NCBI RefSeq assembly: GCF_006345805.1 | Contig: NC_042997.1 | Span: 101,990,001 to 102,054,000, forward strand | Origin: Octopus sinensis | Taxonomy: Eukaryota | DNA: 64,000 nucleotides | Direction of reading: 5' to 3' | Part shown: in pieces, positions 41,495 to 55,520 of the stretch | Layout of the letters: every line of letters starts with the position of its first letter | Position numbering within the stretch: the stretch's first letter is position 1 | Translations under genes and position numbers: made by a program | The notes under the pieces: generated by a model | Told to the model about the DNA's origin: nothing | What the model saw: only the letters and a program-made list of their open reading frames with translations | Databases searched by the model: none

Positions 41495-41830
41495 ATTTTA
41501 CTAATGATGCTCCAGGAATTGAGGGAACTGGGCTACGAAGTTCTTCCCCAGCTAGCAGACATTTCTCCTACTGACTACCACTTTTTAGGCACCTTGATGG
41601 TTTCCTGCGAGAAAAAGAGTTCAAAAATCAAACAGATGCTGAAAGTGTGTTCAAAGGGTCTATGAGCTCCAGAACTCGAGATTTTTATTTTACTGGAATA
41701 AACAAACTTGAAACTTGTTGGCAAAACTGTGTTGATTGTAATGGTACTTTAATGAATAAAATTTCCACATTATTGAAATATATTGATGAATTTCATGTTT
41801 CAAAATGTTGCTTACTTTTTACTCAGCCTG
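41495..41830 (+). mobile_element. mariner transposase 3' fragment
   Basis: MLQELRELGYEVLP..DISPTDYHF..HLDGFLREK..FYFTGINKLETCWQNCVDCNG. Confidence 0.8.
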
Positions 41831-41843
41831 ATATATACATCTT

Positions 41844-41958
<115 letters not shown>

Positions 41959-41964
41959 TCACCT

Positions 41965-44070
41965 ACTGATCTGGTGGACACACTAATCAAATTGATTACA
42001 TCCTCATCAGGAAACAGGAAAGATGGCTACATATAAATGTCAAAACCTTCCCAGGAGAAGAATGCATCCCACAACATAGATTAGTAGTTAGCAATATCAG
42101 GATCAGGGCTAAATGGGTGTTCAGAAGATGACCAGCATGAAAAATATAAGGGTTTGGAAGCTTAAAGATCCTGCAAATGGACAGAGATTTAGAGACGTAT
42201 TACTTGAAGATTTTGACGAAATAGAGGAGGATTTAGCATCACATGATTTGGAACACAACTAGAGGTTCCTACAGGACAACCTGTTGTGAGCTACTGACCA
42301 AATCTGTGGATGATGTAAAGCCCCCTCTTGACCCAAGGTAATGTTGTGGTGGAACAATGTAGTTGACAGGGTCATTAGGGAAAAGAAACAGGCATGGAAG
42401 GACTGGAAGAATGGTAGTAGCAGGGAGTTGTATCAGATTGACAGAAGGGAAGGGTAACAGATAAGAAAATATTTGCCAATGTTCTGCATTGTGAGGACCA
42501 AAGACTTGAAGTGTTTCATGTTACAAAACAGTGTATGAGAGAGAATCGTGGTGTCAAAGGAGAGAAATATGTCTGCATGAATGATGGCTCACTAGCATTT
42601 AATGAGTTTGTAAAGAGAGAGATTTGGAGATGCAACTATGAAAGGTTGCTAAATGAAGAGAATGAATGGGAGAAAGAGATTCTGCCAAATATCAATCCAA
42701 CAGAGGGACCAGCTATCCGAAGTGACAGTACCTTGGTAGATAAAGCAATTAAGAGTATGAAGACAGGGAAAGCCCCCCACCCCCCGGCCCATCAGGAATC
42801 ACTGCAGAGATGCTTAAATATCTGGCAGAGTTGGCTATAGTCTGGTCACCCATATAGTCAATCAGGTGATACATGAAGGAGTCATACCCAGTGACTGGTG
42901 CAGCAGCACCATAGTCAACTGCTACAAAGGTAAAGGTGATGCATTAGATACGAATAATATTCATCATAGTCCTTCAGGTAATAACAGAGGAATTCAAGAC
43001 AGGATACTCATGGGAGCTCCTCTATGCTGATGACATTGCTCTAATAGCTGAATCAAGTTGTTGGGTCAGGTAATGAAAGTCATGGAGAGAGTCATAGCCC
43101 AACTAATTAGGAAGAGAGTCAGTTTAGACGAGATGCAGTTTGGGTTTGTGCCAGCACCATTGATGCTATATTTCTGGTAAGGCAACGGCAGGAGAAATAC
43201 ATAGCCAAAGATAAACCTCTGTATCTGGCTTTTGTTGACATGGAGAAAGTCTTTGACAGGGTCCCCTGATCTCTTATATGGTGGTCAATGCAGAAACTAG
43301 GGATAGATGAGTGGTTAGTGAGAGCTGTACAAGCTATGTACAGGGATGCTGTCAGTAAGGTGAGGGTTGGCAACAAGTATAGTGAAGAATTCCGAGTAGA
43401 GATAGGGGTCCACCAAGGATGTATCCTCAGACCCTTTTATTCATCATAGTCCTCCAGGTAATAACAGGAATTCAAGACAGGATACTATGCTGATGACATT
43501 GCTCTAATAGCTGAATCACTTTCAGAACTAGAGGAGAAGTTTCAGGTGTGGATGCAAGCTCTAGAATCAAAGGGCCTTAGGGTTAACCTAGTAAAAGCCA
43601 AAGTCTTAGTAAGTTGGAAGGCTGTCAAATCACAAATCCCTTCAGGTAGATGGCTCTGCTCAATCTGTAGAAAGGACATATGTAGAAACTCCATAAGATG
43701 TATCCAGTGTAAGCTATGGACACATAAGAGGTGCAGCAATATCAAAGGAAGATTAACTGGGAAAACAGCTGTGTAAAAAGTGTCACACCCTAGCGGTATT
43801 GGGAATCTGTGGAAGTGGTAGGCCCAGAAGACCTGGGATGAAGTGGTGAAGCACAATCTTCAAACGTTGGGCCTCTTGGAGTTGATAACAAGTGACCAAG
43901 ATCTTTGGAGATATACTGTGGTTGGTGTTAGGAAGGGCGGCCAGCTGTAGAAACTTTCTCAGATCAGATTGGAGCCAGGTGCAGCCTTCTGGCTTGCCAG
44001 TCCTCAGTCAAACTGTCCAATTCATGCCAGCAAGGAAAGCAGATGTTAAATGATGACGACGATGATGATA
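41965..44070 (+). mobile_element. decayed, rearranged copy of the same RTE family
   Basis: Collinear similarity to 8719-11200 (WKLKDPANGQRFRD, YERLLNEENEW, YADD, PHD remnant); many stops and indels; (GAT)n tail. Confidence 0.9.
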
Positions 44071-44139
44071 TGTATCTATCTATCTATCTATCTATATGTA
44101 TACACACACACACATATACATATATATAAACATATATAT

Positions 44140-44198
<59 letters not shown>

Positions 44199-44414
44199 AT
44201 ATATAAACTATATATATATATATATACATACATACATATAAACATATATATATATATATACATACATACATACATATAAACATATATATATATATACATA
44301 CATACATACATATAAACATATATATATACATACATATATATATATACATACATACATACATATATATACATACATACATACATACATATATATACATACA
44401 TATATAATATATAT

Positions 44415-44461
<47 letters not shown>

Positions 44462-44867
44462 TATATATATACATATGTATATATTCTTTTATTTGCTTCA
44501 GTTATTTGACTGCAGCCATGCTGGAGCATCACCTTTAGTTGAACAAATCAACCCCAGGACTTATTCTTTGCAAGCCTAGTCTCTTCTAATAGTCTCTTGT
44601 GACAAATGGTTAAGTCACAGGAACATAAACAAACCAGTATTGGTTGTCCAGCATTAATGGGGGGACAGACCCAGACACATAAACGCACACACACACACAC
44701 ACAACAGGTTTCTTTCAGTTTCCATCTACCAAATCCATCCACAAGGCTTTGGTTGGCCTGAGGCTATAGTAAAAGACACTTGCCCAAAATGCCACACAGT
44801 GGAACTGAACCCGGAATCGTATGGTTGGTAAGCAAGTTTACTTACCACATACCCACTCCTGCAACTA

Positions 44868-44903
<36 letters not shown>

Positions 44904-45273
44904 AGAGTTTACGAAAAAAACAAAAGACGAAGACATATATATATATATATAATGTTCTAGTTGATGATAGTATAGAGATATGTATACATATACACACACA
45001 CACACACACACACATATTTAGTACAAGCACACGAAGGAACAACGATCAATATAATGATGTTTATGCTTATTTTTAACATGGTCATGCACAATAGAATGTG
45101 ACATGCTTTTGCTGTGGGATCTTGTCTCTGTGAAAAAGAAAATTTCTCTATTTGTATTTTGTGTGAAAACACAGGAGACAGATGTCACTTGGAGCTTGTG
45201 TATTTTTACACTTATTCTATAGAGAAAAAACATTTTTCTGTGAGATAAATTCAAAATCCAGCAATGAATGTAT

Positions 45274-45323
<50 letters not shown>

Positions 45324-46473
45324 TTGTTTCATGATGGAATCAATATTAGTTCAGAACATAGCATATGATCATTGGTCCTTCCTGAGCCATAGGTTTATAG
45401 TCTGGTTTTCCAGATTCTGTGGTGTATATATTTCCTCTATCATAGATGTAATGCTAGTCCATCGCAAGATTACTCATTTTTGCCAGCTGAGTGGACTAGA
45501 GAAATATGAAATGAAATGTTTTGCTCAACAGCACAATGCACCTTGGTCCACGAATCAAAGCCATTATCTTATGGTCATGCTCTAATCACTAAGACAAATG
45601 CCTCTATATTAGTTCAGAATAGCATTCTGTATAATTTAATTAACATGGATATACTGCAGAAAGCCACATTAAGTAAGATATACAGAATGATACATCCATC
45701 CATTATATATATACATATATATTATCTGCAAAGTATAGTATTAAATATCCATCATGTATCACGCGACTGGGCTAGATTTTATTTTTGTTTTCTGTTATAT
45801 GGTGGATGTGTCTTACCTCTCAAAGATTTGAGTTATATTATTATTATTATTAGACTTACATCTTAGACTTATATTCTAGAACTTGTATTTTTATATTGTC
45901 TATTAGATCTACTGTTATTCGGTTTTTCTATTTTAATTGTATTTCTTAAATATATATTTACTCCTGTATACACAAACACACACACACACACGCACACACA
46001 TACTTACATACATACACACAAAAGCATATATACACACACACACAAATCTTTATGACATGTATGTCTCAACATCTCTATCATCAATAGTACTATATTTATT
46101 TCCTTCTCTTGTAGCACAGGCCACTTACTGATAAAGCAACAAAATTTTCAACTTACCAACAGTTGTCTACTTTTAAGGTTTCTTATACAAGTATATACAA
46201 GTTAGTATATGTATATTCATACACACACGCGTGTACGCACATAAATATATTATATATTAATAGGCGATACTTGATGTTAGCTGATATACAAATGTAAATA
46301 AATACTAGTTACAAAACATGCACCACTTCAGATGTCTACTTCAAGAATTAAAGTATGGAACTCAAACATAAAATTAATTCCTTCTCCAACCTTCAGCCTA
46401 GCCCAAACCTTAACCCTCATCTCAACCTTAGCCCTCAAAATTACCATTAATAGATAGCAAATTAACAGAAGAG

Positions 46474-46522
<49 letters not shown>

Positions 46523-47049
46523 CAGATGGGGGTATTTCAACATTTTTTATCTTCAAATTTGACCTGGAATGTCAACTCTCTACAACAAATATTGAAAAAA
46601 TAAAACTGTCATACAATGCCTCCATTCAGCTGCTGCAAATGCCATCGATAGCTTAAATCCACTAAATTTATCAAAAACAGAGTGAATTCTAAACCAATTG
46701 CATTTCACACATGCACATGTTTACACTGCATTTCTCACATACAAATTCTCAATAAAAGTATGTCCCTATGCACATTACAGTCTTGAATATTAGGATTCTT
46801 AAGCCTGGTTATCCAGTTTCCATGGTGTATAAGTGACCAAAATCATATTTCCCCTAAATGGTACACCAGTCCATTGCTGGGTTACTCATTTACAGCTAAG
46901 TGAACTGGAGTAATGTGAAATGAAGTGTTTTCCTCAAAAATACAATGCATCACCCAATCCAGGGATTGAAATCATGATCTTGCAATCATGAGTGCAAGAT
47001 CTTAATCACTAAACCACATGCCTTCACTCTGGATGACAAGTAAATAGAA

Positions 47050-47950
47050 ATATTGGTTTCAAATTTTGACATAAGGCCAGTAATTTTGGGGAAGAGCATA
47101 AATCAAATTACATCAACTCCAGTGCTCAACTGATACTAATTTTATCGACCCTGAAAGTATTACAGGCAAATTTGACCATGGCAGAAATTGAATTCGGAAT
47201 GTAAAAATGGATGAAAATCCATTAAGCACTTTGCCTGGTCTGATTATGATTGTGCCAGCTCACTACCTTAAGTGAAATGAAACACTGGTTTCAAATTTTG
47301 GCACGAGGCTAGCAAGTTCAGGGGAGGATGTCAGTCAATTAGATCAACCCCAGTGCTCAACTGGTACTTACAATATTGACCCCAAAAGAATGAAAGGCAA
47401 AGTCGACCTCAGCTGCATTTGAACTCAGAACATAAAGCAAGATGAAATACTGCTAATCATTTTGCCTGGTGTGCTAATGATTCTACCAGTTCTGCCTTAT
47501 AGACAAATAAAAATATTTTTTTCTACTCTAGGCATAAGGCCCAAAATTTTGGGGGAAGGGGCCAGTTGATTAGATCGACCCCAGTATGCAACAGATACTT
47601 AATTTATCGATTCCGAAAGGATAAAAGGCAAGGTTAACCTCGGTGGAATTTGAGCTCAGAGCGTAAAGGCAGACGAAATACTGCTAAGCATTTTGCCTGG
47701 CATGCTAACGTTTTTTATTTCTTTATTGCCCACAAGGGGCTAAACATAGAGGGGACAAACAAGGACATACAAAGGGATTAAGTTGATTACATCGACTCCA
47801 GTATACAACTGGTACTTAATTTATCGACCCCGAAAGGATGAAAGACAAAGTTGATCTTGGCAGAATTTGAACTCAGAGCATAGCGGCAGACAAAATACTG
47901 CTAAGCATTTTACCCGGCCTGTTAACGTTTCTGCCAGCTTGCCACTTTGG
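47050..47950 (-). mobile_element. stack of 4 tRNA-derived SINEs (family B)
   Basis: Repeated reverse complement of GAGCTGGCAGAA..AAATGCTTAGC..CTGAGTTCAAATTC..CTTTCATCCTTTC..TAAGTACCAGTT. Further copies at ~26820-26990, 30430-30640, 32870-33340, 40275-40690, 49390-49610, 58960-59170, 59970-60190. Confidence 0.8.
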
Positions 47951-48569
47951 CAAAAGTTGTATATTACAAATTGTAACATAAATCATTTAATTGTTTCCTT
48001 TTTGTGTAGTTTTTAACCAAGAATTTTAATCAAATAAATATTAGTTTCATGTAACAAAGGGAAAAGGTTAAGATTTTCCATTATAAGCTTTAAATTAAAG
48101 TTGACACTTTATAAATCTAAAATAAAAAAATTATGTACATTTCTTTAGCTTTTACTTCTTTCAGTCATTGGACTGCAGCCATACTGGGGGCACTGCTTGA
48201 AGGCTTTTAGTTCTTATTTTATATCTGGTACTTATTCTATTGGTCTCTTTTGCCACATTACTAAGTTACAGAGACATAAACACACCAACATTGACTGTCA
48301 AGTGGTGGGGGATGGGAAAAATATACACACAAAGAGACTACACATATACATATTTATATACACAACGGGCTTCCACATAGTTTCTGTCCACCAAATTTAC
48401 TCACAAAACATTGGTTGGTCCCAAGCTACAGTAGAAGACATTTGCTCAAGATATTGCGCAGTGAGATTGAACCTAAAACCGCATGGTTGTAAAAAACAAG
48501 CTTTTTAATCATACAATGATGCCTACACCTATAAGCCATTCCTAATATTTTTCTATCTTAGATTTGTGC

Positions 48570-48790
48570 TTAACCCTGTAGCATTCAGGTTATTCAGTCA
48601 AATATAATGCTTATTTATTTACATTATATTGAATTAACTATGCATTGTCTTGTAGCTTCAAGATTTCAATGATGTGATTGTTTGTTTATAGAATGACATC
48701 ATAGGGTCAGTTTGAAAAGCCAAGTCTAGTTGGTTTGAACATAAAACATATGTGGGCCAGATATGACCAGTCTAAATGCTAAAGAGTTAA
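48570..48790. mobile_element. piggyBac-type MITE
   Basis: TTAA|CCCTGTAGCATT...AATGCTAAAGAG|TTAA; homologous copy at 51146-51372 (TTAA|CCCTTTAG...CTAAAGGG|TTAA). Confidence 0.7.
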
Positions 48791-48889
48791 ATCCAATTTA
48801 ATTTAAAGTATCCAATTTGATTTGATTTTAAAGTTTGCAATAAAAAAATCAATTGTTTTTCTTTGTCATGTACTACTAATATTCTTTTA

Positions 48890-49245
48890 TTCTTTTACTT
48901 GTTTCAGTCATTTGACTGTGGTTATGCTGGAGCACTGCCTTATTCTTTGTAAGCCTAGTACTTATTCTATCGGTCTATTTTGCTGAACCGCTAAGTTATG
49001 GGGACACAAACGCACCAGCATTGATTGTCAAGCGATAGTGGGGGGACAAACACACATAAACACACACACACACACATATATACGACAGGCTTTTTTCAGT
49101 TTCTGTCTACCAAATCCACTCACAAGGCTTTGGTCGGCCCAAGGCTATAGTAGAAGACACTTGCCCAAGGTGCCACGCAGTGGGACTGAACCCAGAACCA
49201 TGTGGTTGGTAAACAAGCTACTTACCACACAGCCACTCCTGTGCC
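48890..49245 (-). mobile_element. tRNA-derived SINE (family C)
   Basis: Minus strand starts GGAGTGGCTGTGTGGTAAG..GGGTTCAGTCCC (A and B boxes). Related copies at ~35760-35930, ~44485-44865, ~48150-48530, ~55870-55990. Confidence 0.8.
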
Positions 49246-51539
49246 TATATTAAAGATATTTTTAAAATCACAATAGCATTGAGGATTTCAGACATGAAAA
49301 CAATGTAAAGTGATAAATAAAAAATATGAAACAATCTTTATACAGCTTTATACAGTCAAGAATCAAGTACTACAAAATATTGGAGACCTTGAAGGCAGTG
49401 AGCAGACAGAATTGTTAGCATAACAGGCAAAATGCTTAGTGGTATTTTGTCCATCTTAATGTTCTGAGTTCAAATACCACTGAAGTTGACTGATGCTTTC
49501 ATCCTTTCAAGGTTAATAAAATAAGTACCAACTGAGCACTCAGTTGATTTAATCAGCTTTCCCTCTCCCCTGAACTTGCTGACCTCATGCCAAAATTTGA
49601 AACCAATATTGGAGATTGGAGTGTAAATATCAGTTCACCCTTTGTCTGTCCTGTGTATCACATGTAATAAAATAAATAAACGCGCCCTTTTAAAGCCTAG
49701 CCAGGTTCATGGGCCCAGTTTCCCGGTTTCAGTGGCGTATGTGTTCCCCAGCTGGATGGGATGCCAGTCCATCACAGCGTTACTCATTTTTGCCAGCTGA
49801 GTGGACTGGAGCAACATGAATGAAGTGTTTTGCTCAAGAACACAACATGTTGCCCAGTCCAGGAATCGAAACTACAATCTTACGATCATGATGCTGACAC
49901 TCTAACCACTAAGCCACATGCCTCTACTATCACATGTAATATACAGGACATATTTTCCTGGTATCCATGCATCGTATATGATTTACATTCCCAATTTTTT
50001 TAACCACTAGGGTAACTTGGCATTTATGAAAGGAAAGCTTTATATTACTCAAAACATATGAAACAAGGGCTTACTAAAAATTTGAAAACAAGGATGGCTG
50101 TTTAAGACAAACTTTTGAAAATGTTTTGGATAGGAAAAGGGTTAATATAGTAAATTATGTGTTTTACTGTGTAAAATTACTCAGTAAAATATGTTGTATA
50201 ATGATAGGGATTTCATTAGAATGGTATAACCACAAAGTGAGACTGCATGGTATGGTAGATATGTAGTAAAATATTCTTTCCAATTTCCTTTATCTCAAGA
50301 AAATTACGGCTTAAAAAAGAAAATGTATTTGACTTTGGTTTGTCTGAAAGATGGAAAATGGTGTGCACATGTATCAAAACGTCCAGCATGCACCAGCTTT
50401 CATTGTTGACTCAGCAGTAAAGGTAAGTGTGACATAAAGCAGAAAAAAATAAGCAAAATGAAAGAGAAAAGAGTTTTTTTTAATGCTTTTACTTTCTAAT
50501 TTGTGTTTTATTTTTCTTGTTCTGTTCTGAAACTTACATGTTAAGAAAGAAGAGAAAAAAAAAGATAGAACTCAAAATTAATTCACTCTACAGTTAAACT
50601 TTAAATTAGTTCCAATGAAAGGAAAATGTGATTGTAGTTAACAGATAAATAAAAAAATTAAAGAGAAAGAAAAACTGAGAAAGAAAAGAATAAGCACAGC
50701 TAAAATACAACATAGAAGAAAGGAGTATCACATGAAAGGAGAAGTGTTTAAAGAAAGAAGCAATTATATTTTAGGACATGATCTCCAAGTAAATTTGTCT
50801 TTTCCCTTATGTTCAACACTTTCTGTAGTTGACACAAACAAAAGTATGAACCTATTGACCACTATCTAACAAAACATATCCTTCTGTGTCCTGTCATTAA
50901 CAATTAGATCTCCTCAAAACATTCCAGTGCTTTATCATACTTCTCAGTAAAATTAGCTAAAATTGGTTCTGTGTTTAAGGGACTTGTTATTTTGGCATTT
51001 TTTTTTCTTTTAGTTTTATGAAAAATTCAGGCATCTGCTCAAGTGCTTTGCAAATGTGTGCTATGGTGTCAGATATTTCTGTTTAACCCTATTGATACTA
51101 ACTCTCCCGAGACCACACCTAGTTTTTATTTCAAAGTGATCTAAATTAACCCTTTAGGGTTCAGATTATTCAATCAAACATAATGTCTATTGATTCCCAT
51201 TGATTTGAATTAATCATGCATTATCTCATATCTTCAAGATCTTGATGGTGTAATTACTTAATGTAGAATAACATTGTAGGGTAGGTGTGATAGCCTGGAT
51301 CTGGTCAGTTTGAACATAAAACAGATTAGCTATTTTGGCCAGATATGGCCGGTTTAAATACTAAAGGGTTAAAAAGCTTTCATCAGAATTTTAGGTTTAT
51401 TTTTGTTCTAAATACCAGTTTAATGACAGATGATTTACTAAATTCTTTTTCTAAAATTAATTAAAACAAACACAGTGTTTTCCAACAGACATATGATAGT
51501 AAAAGTGTTAAGGGGCTTTTCAATGTAGAAAAAATAAGT

Positions 51540-52130
51540 TCTTATTTGTAGACTTTAATGAAATTAAGGATATCTCTGAAGAGAAAGATCTTGCTGTGAT
51601 CATTGATAGAGACTTGCATATTAATAATTATACTGTTGCTGCCTAGCAAAATTACATAATTTTGGAAGCAATAAAAAACGTTTTCAGTAATTAATAAAAA
51701 TATCTGTAATACTTTTGAAGACTACTGTAGGATCACTCCTCAAAATTAGCAACATTATAACTATACTTCAAAGAGTTATTTCTTATAGAAAATATACAAT
51801 GGAATACAACTAAATTGATTGTAATTTTCAAAGGTCTGCCGTATAAGACTAAAATTATAGTACTTCAATTACCCTAAGTTGATGAAAAAGAAAAATATGA
51901 TATATTCCTACAGAAAGATAAGGAGAAAATTTAGCCTCAACAATGCGATATATTGGATTACATCAATCAACAATAAGCCATTGAAATAGAGTGAGAAAAC
52001 TAACTAACAAGACACCTCCATTAAAATCTATAGAAACTTGAATCAATTACCAAAGGAAGTAAGATTGAAAGGCGACCAATCAAGTCAAAAATAAATTTGA
52101 TAAATATTGGAACATTATGAAATATTTTTC
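51540..52130 (+). mobile_element. old CR1-like LINE 3' remnant
   Basis: EKDLAVIIDRDL..ILEAIKNVF..TTVGSLL resembles EKDLGV.ID..L / ILG.IKR.F / .LVRPHLEY. Confidence 0.5.
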
Positions 52131-52813
52131 TGATATATAGAAAAAAGATATTATGAACAAATTGGCATTTTCAAGTTTGGCTTAAAAGCTGTAAATAGCT
52201 GTATAGCAAAATGTTTTATATATATTAGTAATATAATGGATTTACAAACAACATTTAACTATTGCCTTGATTTATATTGTACCTAAATGAAATGTTTCAG
52301 CAAGAAATTGATAATGCTTTACTTTCAGTATCTTCAGTAAGATGTTCTTTTATAAATTCTATTTAATGAAGGCTAGGAATTTACTCTTTAGAACTATCCA
52401 GAGACACAAGAAAATAACATGATCAAACCAATGAAGAAAATTATGTGGTTTAACGAATTACTAGAAAAGCAGTCACATCTTACTCAACGAAATGCTAGTA
52501 ATTCTTATGTAAGCTAGTAGATTAGCACTTGATCCTCTTCTCTATTCTTCAGTAAAGAGTCTCATAATTTTAAACTATGATTTCAAACTTTTCTTTCACT
52601 TTGTAACCTTATCAGTCACTTCAGGTAAGTAAGAGACAGTCTCTCATAATCAAGTCTGTGTGTCAGTTTTGGTTTACAGTTGGAACTATTTTGTTTCATC
52701 TATTTCCATTGATATGTTTAGAAAATACATGATCATTGGCTCCTCTAAGACAAATTTAGCAAAGAAGAAACTGAGTTTGAGTCTTTTTTTAAGGAAGGGA
52801 GCCCAGCAAATAG

Positions 52814-52906
52814 TCAAGTGTCTTTCATTGGATCTCCAGGACATGGACCAATGTACTGGCTGAATGCTTCTCTTGTAGGCAATGAACAACACAACTTTTC
52901 CTTTGT
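52814..52906 (-). CDS. candidate proximal alternative last exon of the SLC6-like gene
   Basis: Acceptor catattttcag|ACA, phase 0, gives TKEKLCCSLPTREAFSQYIGPCPGDPMKDT*, 750 nt after the TM12 exon. Weak polypyrimidine tract and no clear homology. Confidence 0.2.
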   Translation of the reverse strand, partial: TKEKLCCSLPTREAFSQYIGPCPGDPMKDT

Positions 52907-53655
52907 CTGAAAATATGCCAATGAGGGAACCTTTTTGTGGTCAATTTCTCTGGTAGGAATAATAATTAAATCTCCTTCAAACCACCTTAAAAATAAAAGG
53001 AAGTATGCACTGGACATATAGTCATGAATGTAAAAAAAATGGAATTGTCATGGCTAGATTGCGATCAGTGTTGACCTGAAGTTACATAACAACAGCAATA
53101 ACTTTAATAAAGTGCATCTTATTAGATGGCTTGAAAAACGGAATATAAAAATGTGGAGTTCCTTGTGGACAGTTAGTTTAAGAGAAATAATAATTTCTTC
53201 ATAATATTTGGCAAGATCAGAAATTTGAATTTGATATTAAGAAATAAAAAAAGGTGCATAGAATGTATATATTTAATTTCGACTGTTTACTTATTACAAA
53301 AGTTTTAAAATTTCTAGTCTTAGGTAGCCATATACAGCATGGTTTCATTCTTTTTAGAAATCATCAGTATGACATAATTTGAGGTGTATAATTCAAACAT
53401 ATCATGAAGTTGAACAAAGAATTTAAAGTAGATTATCATTTTTCTATATAATTCGGTATATCTAAAACATGTAACAGTTATCAAACTAATTTATAAAAAA
53501 TTTCAAAGAAATAAATATAACCTTCCATAAATGTATTTTTCCATATTTTATTGAGATGAAGTATAGCAGGTTGTATGTAAATAAGTTGAAATCGTTTTCC
53601 TTTTTGTAGTTTTTAGTAATAGCTATGCAAAAACTTAAGGAAAAAATCCACTTAC

Positions 53656-53829
53656 CTCTGATTTTTGTAAATTATCTTTCTTGCTGAATTCAACAATAAG
53701 TTTGTGAATTATGTAAAGAGAAATTATGAAGATGGGCAGTGAAGTAAGTATCCAACCAATTGTTTGTCTGATATCCCATTTCTTTTTAAGTGAAGAGCAG
53801 GCAAGTGCAATTCCTAAAGTACTGAGCAC
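53656..53829 (-). CDS. SLC6/NSS-family transporter, internal exon (EL6-TM12)
   Basis: Acceptor ...tctttcttcag|GTG and donor GAG|gtaagt; 174 nt, phase 0-0. IGWILTSLPIFIISLYIIHKL matches the TM12 consensus IGW.L...S...IP.Y.IYKL. Confidence 0.85.
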
Positions 53830-53964
53830 CTGAAGAAAGATTTGTAAAAGAAAGTTTCAGTTATCAATATTCATACATGCATGTACATGTATCATCTACA
53901 TATGTGTATGTATATATATAAAATAAGTTAAAATGCATATTGTGTGTGTATATATATATGTATG

Positions 53965-54330
53965 TATATAATTTAGAGAAAAACCTCTATTAAGCAATTC
54001 TTCAATAGGGAAAGACATTATTCACACCATATAGAAAAATAAATATACTATAAAAACCTTATTTTAAAAACCAATAAAGTACATAAACAATAAATAGTAA
54101 ATAGTAGTATTTATTATTTATTGTTTATGTACTTTATTGATTTTTAGAATAAGGTTTTTATAGTATATTTATTTTTCCATATGATGTGAATAACGTCTTT
54201 CACTATTGAATTGCTTAATAGAGGTTTTTCTTTAAATTATATAGATATATATTGTGAAATTTGAGTTAGAATAGGTAAATTGAATTTTTCCCTGTAAGTC
54301 TGGAATTATATTCCCTATTATTATTATTAT
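53965..54330. repeat. ~280-bp palindrome plus the same tail as 12426-12830
   Basis: Folds around ~54105. Outer ~35 bp and the TGTGAAATTT..TAAATTGAATTTTTCCCTGTAAG..CCC(TAT)n tail match the 12.4-13.3 kb copies; the inner arm sequence is different. Confidence 0.85.
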
Positions 54331-55179
54331 CATGATATATATATATATATACACATATATATATATATATTTATTTATCAAAGCTAATAACACCAATACC
54401 AAATTCAGTCACAGTTTGACCCATGCTAAGTGACCAAATGATTTATCAACAAACATCCTTTCGTGAACCCTAAAATACCAAAAAACTAAACATATACAAA
54501 ACATATCATGAAGTAAATATGACTCCTCATCTCTTTACACTTTAATTCCATGTCTATCTAAATCCTAAACAATAACAAAATACCCACATGAAAGCAAAAT
54601 ATATCATTTTATCATACTTTCTATCAACCCGCAACCTACAGACACATACTTTCCTCCCAACCTTCTTACATAGGTGTTTCTTCTATTTACATACACCACA
54701 TTTAATTATCATAATCAAACTCCAACTCTCCAAATAAAAACAATTGGTCAAAAACAATATAACCAGAAAGAACTGAAATCAATCACAATCTGATGATGGG
54801 AAGCAAGCTAAAACTTTGAAGTCATTTGCCATAAAACAAACATTAATGTGTGTGTGTGTATATGTATGTGTATATATATATATATTTATATATATGCACA
54901 TGTTACACACACACACATATATATACACACACAGACATACACATATATATGTATGCATGCTGTATGTGTGTGTGTGTGTGTGTATGTGTGTGTGTGTGTG
55001 TGTATACGTATGTTTGTATGTATGTAAAATGTTCTCTCAATCACCACAGTTCAAAATTTAAATGGAAAATGTAAAGCAAATACATAAATTTATAAATTCT
55101 TTTCAAGAAACAATCAATATTGAATGAAATAGTTAATAAAAGTATGTGCAAAACATAATTGATTTACCCTACTGCTATT

Positions 55180-55520
55180 CATAATTCTCTGCGGTAAGTT
55201 CATGTGTACTGCAGCAATTAAAATCAGGAAATAAAGCATAAAGAAATATTGATTTCTAAAGAGGAGTCCAAATTCTACTTCAAACAAAGTTCTACCTCTG
55301 CTGTAATTTGAACAACCTAATCTACATTATATGATGTAAAGGTTGCCAGAACATTACAACATACAAACTGGTATGACACTCAGAAGAAGAATGTCAGTAC
55401 ACCACCAACAATTCAGGAAATCATATGCAAGAAAGATATCCCAGAACAAATATCTAGATAGTTGTAGTGGACAGGTCTTACCTAAGTATTTTGTCTTCCC
55501 TTTCAGTTATAGTAGTGATT
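55180..55520 (+). mobile_element. Penelope-like element, GIY-YIG endonuclease remnant
   Basis: Across one frameshift: NLIYII*CKGC.EHY(N)IQTGMTLRRRMSVHHQQ, matching the PLE pattern N.IY.I.C..C...YIGQT...L..R...H. Confidence 0.7.

Noticed and set aside
50351-52517. Possible nested plus-strand two-exon micro-gene (50351-50422 MENGVH..SAVK|gtaagt joined to 52392-52517)
   Set aside because: Phase-compatible, but AGGTAAGT is expected a few times per strand by chance in 64 kb of this composition. No homology, signal peptide or other support; needs RNA evidence.
52907-52986. Upstream acceptor (tttttaag|GTGGTTTGA) or the full 67-aa ORF 52814-53017 as the last exon
   Set aside because: In phase 0 this acceptor gives an immediate stop (VV*). 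The ORF start lies in intron-like sequence.
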